A stretch of DNA of 64,000 nt from Octopus vulgaris (taxonomy: Eukaryota). Numbering within the stretch: position 1 is the stretch's first letter; every line of letters begins with the position of its first letter. The notes below the pieces were generated by a model that saw only the letters and a list, made by a program, of their open reading frames with translations, was not told the origin of the DNA and searched no databases. Where the stretch lies: positions 2,728,001 to 2,792,000 of the forward strand of contig OX597828.1 of the NCBI GenBank assembly GCA_951406725.2. The letters are read 5' to 3'. This document shows positions 15,048 through 28,216 of the stretch, piece after piece. The position numbers and the translations under genes were made by a program.

Positions 15048-15627
15048 GTATATTAAGACAGATTTAAATTGATTTTACATTGACCTCCCTGTAGAAAATC
15101 TATTAATATTTCAGTATTCAAGTGATGTGGAGCAAAAGTAACATGTCAACCACTGCAGGTTTTGCAATTTCAATTTATCACTCATGATTCGTAAAGAGAG
15201 ATGGTAACATCAACCCACTGTATTCATATTCCGTTGCTGCATAACTGCCAAGGGTCTAGTTATCATTTTGCTGCATCAGGAAACTTCTGTACTACATATT
15301 ATTGATCAACATATGTAGAGTAATTCTATATCACTAATATAATTGGTTTCCGAATATACTGATGATGGTCTACATCTGCAACAGGTTTTCATTAGCGTTC
15401 AATTTTCTTAAATGCGCCTGTATTGTATATCGCGTGTGTAGTGCTGTCCAAGATATTTCAAAAACAACGCCATGATTTCGATTTTTTTTTATGTAATCAA
15501 GCCAATCTTTTGTCATAATCTGAAGTTAAGCTTTTATTCAACTCCTGTATAACTGGACTGATAACGTCATGCCGCGACCAGACTAAAATAATATATGCAA
15601 TGACAGTGATGATGATCATGTAATTAT

Positions 15628-15841
15628 CGGTTTCAAATTTTGGCTCAAGGCCAGCAATTTCGGAAGAGGAGGTGAGTCAGTTCCATCGACCCCAGTATTC
15701 GACTGGTACGTATTTTATCAACCCCGAAACAATGAAAGGCAAAGTCGACCTCAACGGAATCTGAACTCAGAACGTAAAGACGGAAGAAATGCCGCTAAGT
15801 ATTTTGCCCGGCTCGGTAACGATTGTGCTAGCCCGCCACCT
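15628..15841 (-). mobile_element. SINE family B with 15-bp TSD
   Basis: tgatcatgtaattat on both sides; central domain resembles the Meta/Sauria-type SINE domain. Confidence 0.85.
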
Positions 15842-17270
15842 TTGATCATGTAATTATTACATTACACTACCTACGAATATGTATGTATGTATGCATGACT
15901 GTATGTGGGAATTGGAAGGGTTTACACCTCACACTGAACAATAGTTTTATCTCGGTTCGGGTACCTGCAAACTAGTCTTTCTTCTCCTTCCTCCAACCTC
16001 AGACGATGGACAAAGTCTGATACGCTACCTTCTACTCCACTCCCGAACACTCCTATTGACTGAGTGTTAGCGACGTAAGCCATCTCCGAGTATTCTCGGA
16101 TTCTAGAATTTACCCCAGCTACATAGGTCTCTGTATAATACAGAGAGTGTATCAGTTTGCAGAGCAAGCCGAAGGTTGATGCATAAGTCTTTTGATGAGT
16201 TGTGAAAGAGAGTCTGTACTTTACCCATTTCATTTGTCTGTTCTTCTATGTCTGCAAAAGTTTGAAGAAAACTCGCGAGAATTTTCCACATGTGTATGGC
16301 GGCAGATCATTCTAGAAAGAATACTAAAGAGTAGAGACGTAATTTCCGGAGTAATTTCCGGAGTCGTTCTTATGGACCCTCGGGCATAACTGTTTACCGG
16401 GCGCCTTTGAACGTGTGTTTTAGTAGAGTTAACAGTGCCCGATTGACCGACGGCTCAGTCCGCCCTTGGTCTGTTGGAGTTTATCTGTGTCCTACTGTTG
16501 CATTTATGGAGTCCTTAGAATATTGAACAGTATAGTTTGCGATTGACTCTACGCTCTGGGTTCAAATCCTGCCTTTAATCCATGCCTTGGCGTCGATAAA
16601 ATAAATTATCTATCACGTACTGTGTTCGACAGTTCGCCTGATTCCCACCCCCAAATTTTTGGCCTTGTGCCTATGCCAAAAACAACAAAATGAATCGTTA
16701 TTATTGCTGCTTTCAACATTTTTGGTAATCCTCCAACGTCTAAATATTTGATAAAAAAAAAACTATTTAAGGGGATTAACAAAGTTGTCTTTCCAAGATT
16801 GTAAGAAATCTTGTAGGTCAACCGGTTCAGTAGCCAAACTATTTAGACTATTTTCTAATTCATCTTAATCAATATACTCGTATTTTTCTGAGTTATTAAT
16901 TTATCTGCTAATCTTTGGTACAACTGTAAATCTTTTCAGTATTTTCATTATAGTTTTTTCGTCTTACATTGCTCTCCCTATTTTTCTTTGCTTATTCAAA
17001 ACGCATGGAAATTTAGGTGGGGACGTTTAGAATTTTATTCCCTTTCAAGTTTACGTTTTTCAACTCAAATCGCCTTTTATTCGTATAGTTCTTTGTTCAG
17101 TTTGCTCAGTGTTTTATTTATTTCTAGTGAACGAAACTATGTCGAAGATATTTGTAGATGGAATCCTTGCTGTCAGCATCGTCAGATCTTTTTGTTGTTA
17201 TAAAGATACTTCGATCGGTTGAACGTTGATTTCTAAAGGCGGGTGGGGTTTTTTGTTGTTGTTTTTTTTT

Positions 17271-17469
17271 ACTTTTACTTGTTTCAGTCATTTGACTGCT
17301 GCCATACTGAAGCACCGCCTTTAGTTGAACAAATCGACCCCAGGAATTATTCTTTGTACGCATAGTACATATTCTATCAGTCGCTTTAGCCGAACTGCTA
17401 AGTTACGGAGACGTAAACACACCAACATCGGTGTCAAGCGATGGTGGGGTGTACAAACAGAAACACAAA

Positions 17470-17510
<41 letters not shown>

Positions 17511-17683
17511 ACACATATATGTTAGGCTTCTTTCAGTTTCCGTCTAACAAATCCACTCACAAGGCTTTGGTCGGCCCGAGGCTATAGTAGAAGACACTAG
17601 CCGAAAGTTTCACACAGTGGGATTGAACCCGGAATCATGTGGTTGGTAAGCAAGCTTCTTACCACACAGCCACTCCTGCGCCT
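17271..17683 (-). mobile_element. SINE family A
   Basis: Full-length match to the other copies. Confidence 0.85.
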
Positions 17684-20557
17684 ATATCACAGTCACTCCT
17701 GTAGACAAAACTATTTTAAAACTAGTGTATGTAATTTATTCACGATTCTTGGTACTTGCTGCTAGTATAACATAGAGCATAATCGATTGTGGAAGGCATA
17801 ATCGGCAGACTGCCGATATTTATTAACATACGATTCAAATTCTGCCATTGTAGACTTTACCTTTCGTCGTTTCAGGGTCGACACTAGTCAAGTACTGGAG
17901 ATGATTTCATCGCTTGTATCTTATCATATTATATTATATTGTATTATATTATGTGGAGAGCGAGACTGCGACGTGGTTTCAGTTCCTAGTCGAAGACATT
18001 AACTTCGTCTCGCTGTTACCCTTGGTTAAATTATGAACGTCTTGTTGTCCAATTTACCCAACCAATGTATATGGTTTCACCCTACATAAAAAAAAATCGA
18101 TGCTTGTATATCGATTTGCGGTTAAAGATATGTACTTTCATATACGTTTCGTGGGAAACGTATGACCTTGGAGAAGAACAACTGTCACATCTCACTCCAC
18201 TAAAAGACAAGCCATGTGTGCCTCATCAAACAGAAAGTATTATATCTTTTAAACTAAAGTGCGTCTAGAGCTGTTCATATTTTACAGATTTCATAAATTT
18301 GAAGTTTATGTTGTATGACTTTTAGTTTAAGCAAGCCTGGATGCCCTTACTTTAGATAATGTAAAACATGTGATATAAATTATATAGTTCTTTATGATGT
18401 TAAGCGAAGCAATGTTCTTACACCCGCTTCAATATACCCGAAATGTTTCTCTAATTTGTATGATATTATCCAACACGACACTTAACATATGTTATTTGTT
18501 CCCCTCGAGAGCCAGATCTTTCTGTCTCTGACTTTAATCAGCCGTAAGACAGCATTTATTCAGACAGACGCCCTAAAGCAAGAGTAAACCTTCATCTCAC
18601 TATATTTATGTTGATTGTGCTCTCGCATAAAAAGTTTAAGTTATACATAATTTTATTTCCTGCTTCTGAAAACATTGTTGTGATGTAGGAATTGGTTATT
18701 TATTTATTTATTTAGTCATTCATTGAAGCGAACGGCGTTTAATAGATGTCAGACTTACAACTGAACGAATCAGAAGAACAGTTTCAATTCTCCTTTGTTA
18801 TTTCATTTCAACTATCATCGCTTTCTTTTGCTGCGCTTCATATTTACGTCGAGAATCATTTAATTATCAATTAATCAAAACTGTATTGTTCAAACTGTCA
18901 TTTACATTACTGGCTCTGTCTATAATCCATCGTACTTATTGGCTGTGGTTTTAAGATATAGGACTTGTTCATAGGCTACCATACTGCACGTTTTCTTTAT
19001 AAGCTATCGTACTTCAACTCAAAGGTTTTGTATTATTATGTTTGTCAACACTGGCCAGAGGCGATAAATTAAAGTACCAATCAACTATTGGGGGGGGGGG
19101 GGGGTATTTAATTGGCGTCTTCCATCCATTTCGAACGAATTTTCTTAATGCTCTGAGAATATGTCAGGAATGGGTATTATTTGCTTTGAAGAATATTGCG
19201 TCCAACGCAAGTCGGATATAGAAGAAAACACTCTCGGTATCATGTGGTAGTTGATTGTATGATTGCAGAATCTTTACAGCCTTAATCAAAATACTATAGC
19301 TGGTGTTTTGTTATAGTCCTTTGAAATTCTGAGTTCAAATCTCATTAAGGCCTGCATTGTATTTCCCCCTTCCGGGGTTCGATAAAATAAAGTGCAAGTC
19401 AACTGGGATCGATTTAGCCCAACGTTGCAATGAGAATCAGCAATATTTAGTTGAGTAGTGTTTCGTTAGCTCTGACAGCTGAACTCATTTCACGCCATAA
19501 TTCCAATGAAGCAAGCAGTACTAGCATACTTAATATGATGAGTACGATAACTTTAATCAAGGCTATGTGTATCGAAACTAAAGTTACGGCTTGGACGGTT
19601 TCCCCTCCTACACTGCATAAAGATGGAATTTTCAAAAGTGATCTAAGACGATAGTGTGCTATGGGGCAATCATTTTAATAAGAGTGTTTGTAATTCTATA
19701 ATTCCTAAAGTACAATTTCCATGAATCAATAACAATCACCGCCTTTCTTTTTATTTAAATTAAATTATAATTACTTTCTATCTTCATACTGCAGCAATCT
19801 AATCTTTCAGCCTGACTTTAAATATATCCATCACCTTCACAGCTGCTTTATATCCGATCAATCACTATTTTCAGTTGAAACCAATCTTAAATTAAATCTA
19901 AAAGGAATACTTCCGCCGCCATTATCTCAAAATTAATTTTGTTCCTCGCCGTGGAAATTATTATTAATTCTAGAATAACAAGATATACTTCTAACGAATG
20001 GGTTGCGAGTTTTCATTCTACAGTCTTTTTAAAGACTTAATGAGCCGGGAGCTGCTGCTGCGCCCTAGATAGTCCGTTTGTCCTCAAGGCCGGTAAAATT
20101 AAGTCAACCGCTGCAGAAAAAAACTTAGATGATAAGGGGATTCCAGATGGTTAGCTTTCTAAGCTGGAAGGAATGGGTATAACGATTGGTACCGAACCAA
20201 GAACGGCTTTTTACATGGTTATTTCTTTCGGTGGTGTCTAGTATTTTGACGAATATACAAAGCGATTGACTGCTTAGTCAACACATTAAACAAACGAGCG
20301 ATTGGTTAGATGGATAGATAGATACTTAACCAATTAACTAATAATAATGAAGTGGAATTGAACATATGCGTGTTGTACTAATATTAGTGCAGAGATTTTC
20401 CAAAAACAAAACAAAATTTATATCTTCTTCCACGTTCATAGTTGATCGATTATTTCACTATCTGCAATTAAATATATATATATATACATACATGAATATA
20501 TATATAGATATATATACATACATATATATATGTATATATCTATCTATATATATACAT

Positions 20558-20619
<62 letters not shown>

Positions 20620-20662
20620 ATGTATATATACATATATATATATATGTGTGTGTGTGTGTATG

Positions 20663-20713
<51 letters not shown>

Positions 20714-20714
<1 letters not shown>

Positions 20715-21460
20715 TATCATGCCAAGATCAGATGATGGCCAAGGTGTACTACTCTGGCTGGGCCTTCTCCATCACCTCGACGTGATGCTGGTTGCTCTTC
20801 ATAGACATCAGCTTCTCAAAGTTACCATCTGAAAGAGTGGCTCGCTTGGCCTATAGAGAATAGGTGCTCAACTACAGCACTGGATGGGATGGCGGTGGTG
20901 TACTTGGTGAACAGTTCGATCAAGATCTGCTCACCCAAAAAGGCGAATTCAGTCAGGACGTCCTTCGAAGTAGCCTCCAGCCAGGAGGTTACCAAGTTCT
21001 GCGCCTTGGACTGCCTCTCCTTATATTATATAGTTTGATCCTCTCTTCAAACTGGATGGCATGCGCTGGGTGTTTCCTCTTGGCCTGTGAATTCAAGTTG
21101 TAGAGGCTAGCCGCTTCCCTTGATGGTGGCCTCCCTAGCCTAGGCTGGTCCATGACGCACCGGAAAAACAGGATTTTGGCATTCCTCTTATCCTTTATCG
21201 TAAAGACAAAGTAATCCTCCAGGTGGAGTCATGGGTTATGAGACAACCTGAGCGACCTCTGCCTCACCCACAGCCATTGCAGACTCCTCAACAGGCCCTT
21301 CATCCTCGGGCCGAACAAAAACGTCTTCACCTTCCATAACGATAAGCGATAACTTGATAAGCTGATAACGTACACTGCTGTTGCTGACACTGTCAAACAG
21401 TCTGTAATGTAACAACGTCGTAAGTGAACACAACACAAAACTGCAGAATTACACAATTGT
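20714..21460 (-). pseudogene. Probable 5' UTR/ORF1 remnant of a non-LTR retrotransposon
   Basis: GC-richer block with broken reading frames (MEGEDVFVRPEDEG...; RFEERIKLYNIRR); no diagnostic motif. Confidence 0.35.
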
Positions 21461-21479
21461 GCTCAGCAAGATGATGCTG

Positions 21480-21716
21480 GGTCGACCAATCACGTCTTGT
21501 CACGTATACACGTAGTCAGCCAATAGCGTGCCTGACGGACTTTCGAGACACGCCCACAATAGACAAGAACAAACTTATGAATTATGTTAGCGGACTTGAA
21601 GTTAGCGGAAGCTAATTGATCCGCTGACTAATTGCAAAATTAGCGAAAACGATAATCCACTAAACAAAATGTTAACTTTCCTAATTAGTTGTTAGCGGAT
21701 CAGCAGAACCGTGCTC
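21480..21716. mobile_element. DNA transposon terminal fragment with repeated ttagcgga motifs
   Basis: Four ttagcg(g/a)a subterminal-type repeats ending at a (TA)n tract. Confidence 0.35.
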
Positions 21717-21725
21717 ATATATATA

Positions 21726-21761
<36 letters not shown>

Positions 21762-21779
21762 TGTATGTATGTATGTATG

Positions 21780-21839
<60 letters not shown>

Positions 21840-21864
21840 TACATACATATATATATACACACTG

Positions 21865-21903
<39 letters not shown>

Positions 21904-22019
21904 CATACATACATACATACAAAAATGGGACAAGAACGCAAAACATCCAGACAGTTAGGTGTTACAAAAAAGGGACAACAAAATATCTAAACAGACGATA
22001 CAAAGAAAACAAGGACATG

Positions 22020-22086
<67 letters not shown>

Positions 22087-22140
22087 GGAGTTTTCTATCC
22101 TCAGTCGAGTTCCAGATTATCTTTGCAATTTCGGCTGATA

Positions 22141-22854
22141 TGAAAAATTTGACGTCAACAAAAAGGGGTGCGGCTGGAGATTTAACTTTTTAATCACTAC
22201 GATTGTTTCCATGCAACGTAGTTCTCCGGGTATGCAGGTACTTGATTATGCAACTGTTTCGCTGCATTAAGAGATCTAGTTGTGTTTCTTCAGGCGATAT
22301 GTAAATATTATCTTCGTAAGTTTAAAAATTCTCGACTTCAAGAACATCCCCTCTCTCTCTCTGTGTCGTGGCCTGAACTTAGTAGTAGTCACTGGGCTTA
22401 TCAAGATGTGTTGTTGCTGAAGGGCCGTTGGCAAACTGCTTTGAATGTGTAGATGCAGTGGTATGGTGATTCTGGTGCTGTTAAAATGCGAATCCCTTTA
22501 AACGGCAACCACTTTAACAATACCAGAATCACCATCCCACTGCATCCACACATTCAAGGCATTTTGCCAACGACCAACGACCAACGGCAAAAACATATCC
22601 TGATAAGCTCAGTGACTACTACTAAATTCAGGCCACGACGGACACAGAGGATGATCTTGAAGCCGAGGATTTTAAACTAACGGAGACAATATTTACACAT
22701 CACCGGAGGAAATACAACTAGGTCTTATAATGCAGGGAAACAGTTGCATAATGAAGTACCTGCACACCCGGAGAATTACGGTGCGTGGAAACAATTGTAG
22801 TAATACAAAATAAATGTCTAACCGTACCCCTTCTTGTTGACTTCAATTTTTTCA
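22141..22854. repeat. About 715 bp imperfect palindrome (arms about 22141-22488 and 22510-22854); Penelope-like remnant
   Basis: Arms are diverged reverse complements (roughly 80% by eye) and each carries a hammerhead-like fold. Confidence 0.85.
22193..22298 (-). ncRNA. Type-I hammerhead ribozyme-like motif with extended stem II
   Basis: AUCGC-CUGAAGA-long stem II (CAACUAG.UCUC/GAGA.CUA.GUUG; UGCAG/CUGCA)-GAAA-C(AAUC)G-UA-GUGAU; base of stem II is mismatched. Confidence 0.55.
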
Positions 22855-22990
22855 ATTATATATTTACTACACGATAAGTGCCCTCACACAAGCCTGGAAG
22901 TACGTATAATATTACTACTGGAAAGCTCAGGGTAAATCTAAAGATGGACGAGCTTTATACTGTACTCTACTATATTTTTAACCGAATATA

Positions 22991-23037
<47 letters not shown>

Positions 23038-23091
23038 AACCGCGATCCTACGCCGCGAGTCCGCTGCCCTAACAACTGAGCCATTGCGCCT

Positions 23092-23534
<443 letters not shown>

Positions 23535-24010
23535 TAGAGATAAAACCACTATTAGGCAAATCAAACAGTGAAAAACATTAACCAAAACATAAAAATAAAA
23601 ATAATTAGTATAATATACAAAATATATAAAATATAAAATTTAAAATTTTAATTATTTAAATTTAAAATTTTTAATTTATATTTATAAATTTTTATATTTT
23701 TTAAATTTTAAACTAATAAATTTTTAAACTTTTAAACTTTTTTTTTTTAGACTTTAAGAAAAATTTTTTTATTATATATATATATAAGGATAAGATCGTT
23801 AATTTAAAATAAAATAACGATTTTATCAAGTGGCCTGCATGGGAATAATAACCTTCAAAGGTAATGATTATTAAAATCATAAATTAGGGTATCTACGAGA
23901 TACCACCATGCTGAAAATAGCAGCCATGATCTGACTCCTTAATTTTTCATATATCAACACGGAGAGAAAACGAAGAGACAAGATGAAACTAGTACAAAAA
24001 GTACTGGATA

Positions 24011-24069
24011 ATTCTAGATCCCAGATTTCTGACTTTGCATTTAGGAATGCTTTGCCTCGTCAGTAGAAT
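24011..24069 (-). ncRNA. Type-I hammerhead ribozyme motif
   Basis: AUUCUA-CUGACGA-GGC...GUC-A-GAAA-UC(UGG)GA-UC-UAGAAU; 6-bp stem I, AUC cleavage triplet, one extra A before GAAA. Confidence 0.65.
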
Positions 24070-24090
24070 ACACACAGAAAAGAATCATAA

Positions 24091-24159
<69 letters not shown>

Positions 24160-24187
24160 CAACATACGAATACTTACATATACGAAC

Positions 24188-24237
<50 letters not shown>

Positions 24238-24283
24238 ATGTGTGCATCATGACCATTTCAAAATGCCCGCCTTTTCTGTGTGT

Positions 24284-24342
24284 ATTCTACTGACGAGGCA
24301 AAGCATTCCTAAATGCAAAGCCAGAAATCCGGGATCTGGAAT
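24284..24342 (+). ncRNA. Type-I hammerhead ribozyme motif
   Basis: AUUCUA-CUGACGA-GGC aaa GCAUU ccua AAUGC aaa GCC-A-GAAA-UC(CGG)GA-UC-UGGAAU. Confidence 0.65.
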
Positions 24343-24500
24343 TATTCAGTAATTCTTTACTAGTTTCATCTTGTCTCTTCGTTTTCTCTCCGTGTTGATA
24401 TATGGAAGATTAAGGTGGTTTTAGAGTCAGATCATGGCTACTGTTTTCAGCATGGTAGTATCTCGTAGATACCCTAATTTATAATTTTATATATATATAC

Positions 24501-24712
24501 AAAGTGTTTGTAGGTGTTTTCAAAACAGAACTCCATCTCTTCCTGTCGAGAATCCCAGATGAACCTGCCTCGCAGTAGGAGGCGCAAATCAGGGCAGCGA
24601 CATCAAACTTCCTTATTCCCACAAATGTCACATATCAGAGAAAGCTCTGAATAATAACAGTGTAGCAAAACGGCGGTGCACCAGCATTTGATCTGAAACC
24701 GATTAAAGATGA
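24501..24712 (+). pseudogene. 3' end of a CR1/L2-group LINE (ORF2 C-terminus plus 3' UTR)
   Basis: Translates VFKTELHLFLSRIPDEP...RAATSN, matching the FKxxLDxFLxxIPDEP...RAAxSNSL ending. Confidence 0.7.
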
Positions 24713-24814
24713 AAAATAGAATATACATAAATATATACATACATATATATATATATATATATACACACAAATGTGTACTTATATATAAATATATACATAT
24801 ATATGCATATATAA

Positions 24815-24974
24815 GCGCAGGAGTGGCTGTGTGGTAAGTACCTTGCTAACCAACCACATGGTTCTGGGTTCAGTCCACTGCGTGGCATCTTGGGCAAGTG
24901 TCTTCTGCTATAGCCCCGGGCCGACCAATGCCTTGTGAGTGGATTTGGTAGACGGAAACTGAAAGAAGCCTGTC

Positions 24975-25042
<68 letters not shown>

Positions 25043-25262
25043 TTGTGTGTCTGTGTTTGTTCCCCTAGCATTGCTTGACAACCGATGCTGGTATGTTTAC
25101 GTCCCCGTCACTTAGCGGTTCGGCAAAAAAGACCGATAGAATAAGTACTGGGCTTACAAAAAGAATAAGTCCCGGGGTCGAGTTGCTCGACTAAAGGCGG
25201 TGCTCCAGCATGGCCGCAGTCAAATGACTGAAACAAGTAAAAGAGTAAAGAGTAAAAGAGTA
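24815..25262 (+). mobile_element. SINE family A, young full-length copy
   Basis: Head, CORE-like domain and (gtaaaaga)n tail. Confidence 0.9.
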
Positions 25263-25282
25263 AATATATATATATATATATA

Positions 25283-25693
25283 ATTATCCGTAATAATGAA
25301 GGGTGAAATTAATTAATTTGGAATAATTATCAATTACACCAAGTAGTCTTCGGCATGTAAAAGCCTCATTCGAGGAAAATTTAAGTAATACTAAGCAATA
25401 AAGGGTTTAGCAACGAATTGCCTTACCACATACCGAATTTAGAAATAGCAGTCAAAGAGTTATAGCTATTTCTTCTACTAAAAAGGGAGATCTCAGTAAA
25501 AAACACAGCAATTGGAAGGCAGACACAAACAGGTAAGAGAGAATGAATTGACGGCAATCTATCATACCTGTTTGTGTCTGCCTTCCAATTGCTGTGTTTT
25601 TTACTGAGATCTCCCTTTTTAGTAGAAGAAATAGCTATAACTCTTTGACTGCTATTTCTAAATTCGGTATGTGGTAAGGCAATTCGTTGCTAA

Positions 25694-25698
<5 letters not shown>
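25283..25698. mobile_element. Cassette between (TA)n tracts ending in a perfect 134-bp inverted repeat (25402-25535 / 25565-25698)
   Basis: Arms read as exact reverse complements with a 29-bp spacer. Confidence 0.85.
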
Positions 25699-25753
<55 letters not shown>

Positions 25754-26181
25754 CATTTACCTATACATATATATAAATATATACATATGCATAAATAAAA
25801 TATATACATATATATAAATACACGCATACATACATACATACATACATACATACATACATACATACATACATACATACATACATACACACGCATGACCACA
25901 GTCATATTAAACGAGAAAAAGATACACACACACATATATATATATACACGCTCATATAAACATAAATATATTACTAATTTGTTAAAAACAAACAATTATC
26001 AACTTTCAACTCTCCATTTTCTTTCCTTTAAATGACTGAACATGAATTATGTGCTTGATATATACCGATTGATTTAAGAGAATTTCATTTCCCAAAAAGA
26101 ATAGGTATAGAACCAGTATTTCCTTGGATGTAACCATCCCTTTTTGAGGTTAACATATCCTCTAAGCAAATTTAATATATA

Positions 26182-26260
<79 letters not shown>

Positions 26261-26288
26261 GTGTGTGTGTGTGTATGTATATATATAC

Positions 26289-26329
<41 letters not shown>

Positions 26330-26354
26330 TATATATACATATATATATATATAT

Positions 26355-26653
26355 AGTTAACTCCCAAAAAGACAACAACGCGAGGACGTGGTACATGTAA
26401 AGTATTAGCAGACGCTCAGGGAAGGAAAAAAACATGTCTTAACGTTTCGAGCAGAGCTCTTCTTCAGAAACAGAGGAAAGTCCAATAGAAAAGGAAGATG
26501 GAGGAAGAAAATCGCCAACGATTCCCATGTGGTTACATACATACATACAAACATACATATATATTCCCTTCTTTCCTGAGCGTCAAATAATACTTTAATT
26601 GTTCCACGTCCTCGCGTTGCTGTTTTTTTCTGTGTTTTGTTGTTTGGATTAAC

Positions 26654-26654
<1 letters not shown>
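26355..26654. mobile_element. Two opposed, diverged copies of a (TA)n-embedded cassette starting AGTTAA
   Basis: caacgcgaggacgtgg...aaagtatta...gacgctcagg at 26355-26427 and its reverse complement at 26563-26654. Confidence 0.75.
26435..26472 (-). ncRNA. Minimal type-I hammerhead ribozyme motif
   Basis: UGUUU-CUGAAGA-A-GAGC ucu GCUC-GAAA-CGU-UA-AGACA; stem III reduced to the palindrome AACGUU. Confidence 0.7.
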
Positions 26655-26684
<30 letters not shown>

Positions 26685-26805
26685 ATATGTGTGTATACAC
26701 ACATGTATATGTATGTGTATATATGTATATATATATAATAGAAATATTAAAATTACTAAGTCTCTCTAAAGGAGATTACGGCAGCGTTACTGGATGTTAA
26801 TAATT

Positions 26806-26914
26806 ATCGCCATACAAATATGGCAGTCTAAATATAAGACTAAAGCTGTCATTAATAGTTATCGCCATATTTAGTCTTATATTTATATTTAGACTGCCAT
26901 ATTTGTACGGCGAT
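26806..26914. repeat. Short inverted repeat in a (TA)n-flanked cassette
   Basis: atcgccatacaaatatggcagtctaaatata / tatatttagactgccatatttgtacggcgat. Confidence 0.8.
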
Positions 26915-26922
26915 TACTTTTA

Positions 26923-26983
<61 letters not shown>

Positions 26984-27008
26984 CATGTGTGTATATATAC
27001 ATACATGA

Positions 27009-27055
<47 letters not shown>

Positions 27056-27073
27056 CATGAATATATATATATA

Positions 27074-27132
<59 letters not shown>

Positions 27133-27300
27133 TAGCAGTATCGCCCGGCGTTGCTCAGGTTTGTAAGGGAAATAACTATAAAGCATTTTTAGAGAGTTAT
27201 AGCCCAAAAATAGCAAAAAAATGGAAAAAAAATTATGGTAATTTTTTTTTTAGAGTTAAAAAAGGTGGAGTTGCGATACATACATGAATATATATATATA

Positions 27301-27348
<48 letters not shown>

Positions 27349-27349
<1 letters not shown>

Positions 27350-27718
27350 TAGCAGTATCGCCCGGCGTTGCTCAGGTTTGTAAGGGAAATAACTATAAAG
27401 CATTTTTAGAGAGTTATAGCCAAAAAATAGCAAAAAAAATGGAAAAAAAATGATGGTAATTTTTTTTTGAGAGTTGCGTCCCCTAGACGGTCTGTGGTTT
27501 GGGTTTCTGATTCTCGACCCCATGTCGAATTTATCGATTTTTTTCAGAACTGGGGGAACTTTTCAAAATTTTCGCTGCGTTAGTTTTGAATTATGACATT
27601 GGGCTATGTGTGTGTCAAGTTTCATCAGAATCGGTTGAAAGCCGTGGTCAGAGTGAGGGTACGAGAAAACAGACACACAGAAAACGCACAGACAAACTGC
27701 CGTTTATATAGAGAGAGA
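27349..27718 (-). mobile_element. Non-autonomous Helitron, with 3' part duplicated at 27132-27275
   Basis: Minus strand starts TC(tctctc)tatataaacggcag and ends with hairpin cctgagc-aac-gccggg, 8 nt, then CTAG, inserted between A and T. Confidence 0.75.
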
Positions 27719-27727
27719 TATATATAC

Positions 27728-27760
<33 letters not shown>

Positions 27761-27857
27761 ATCACATTGGCCGCCAGATTTCGACAGGTTCCGCCGCCGC
27801 CGCCACCACCATTCAACTGCTCTATGCAAATTCAGTTATCTAACATTAATTATTAAT

Positions 27858-28070
27858 TTGACGAGCTGGCCGAGTCGTTAGCACGCCGAACAAAATGCTT
27901 AGAGACATTTCGTCCGTCTTTACTTTCAGAGTTCAAATTCCGCCGTGGTCGACTTTGTATTTCATCCTTTCATGGTCGATAAAATAAGCACCACTTGAGC
28001 ACTGGGGTCAATCTAATCGACTAACCCGCTCCCCCGAAAGTTGCTAGCCTTGGGCTAAAATTTGAAACCA
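27858..28070 (+). mobile_element. SINE family B
   Basis: Full match to family B. Confidence 0.8.
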
Positions 28071-28182
28071 ATATTAATTTTCAATTTGTGTGTTTTCAAA
28101 TCAAATTATACGGCAAATGATTAGATGCATTTTTGAAGTTATATCCCCTCCCTGTCGAAATCTTGGCTGTGCGCGCGCGAGA

Positions 28183-28216
<34 letters not shown>

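Larger units (their letters stand above)
23530..24489. mobile_element. Two opposed copies of a hammerhead-bearing cassette around a (TA)n tract (arms 23872-24082 and 24271-24489)
   Basis: About 210-bp inverted arms, roughly 90% identical by eye. Confidence 0.8.

Noticed and set aside
19447-19654. Hydrophobic 62-aa minus-strand ORF
   Set aside because: Compatible with chance in AT-rich DNA; no homology recognised.
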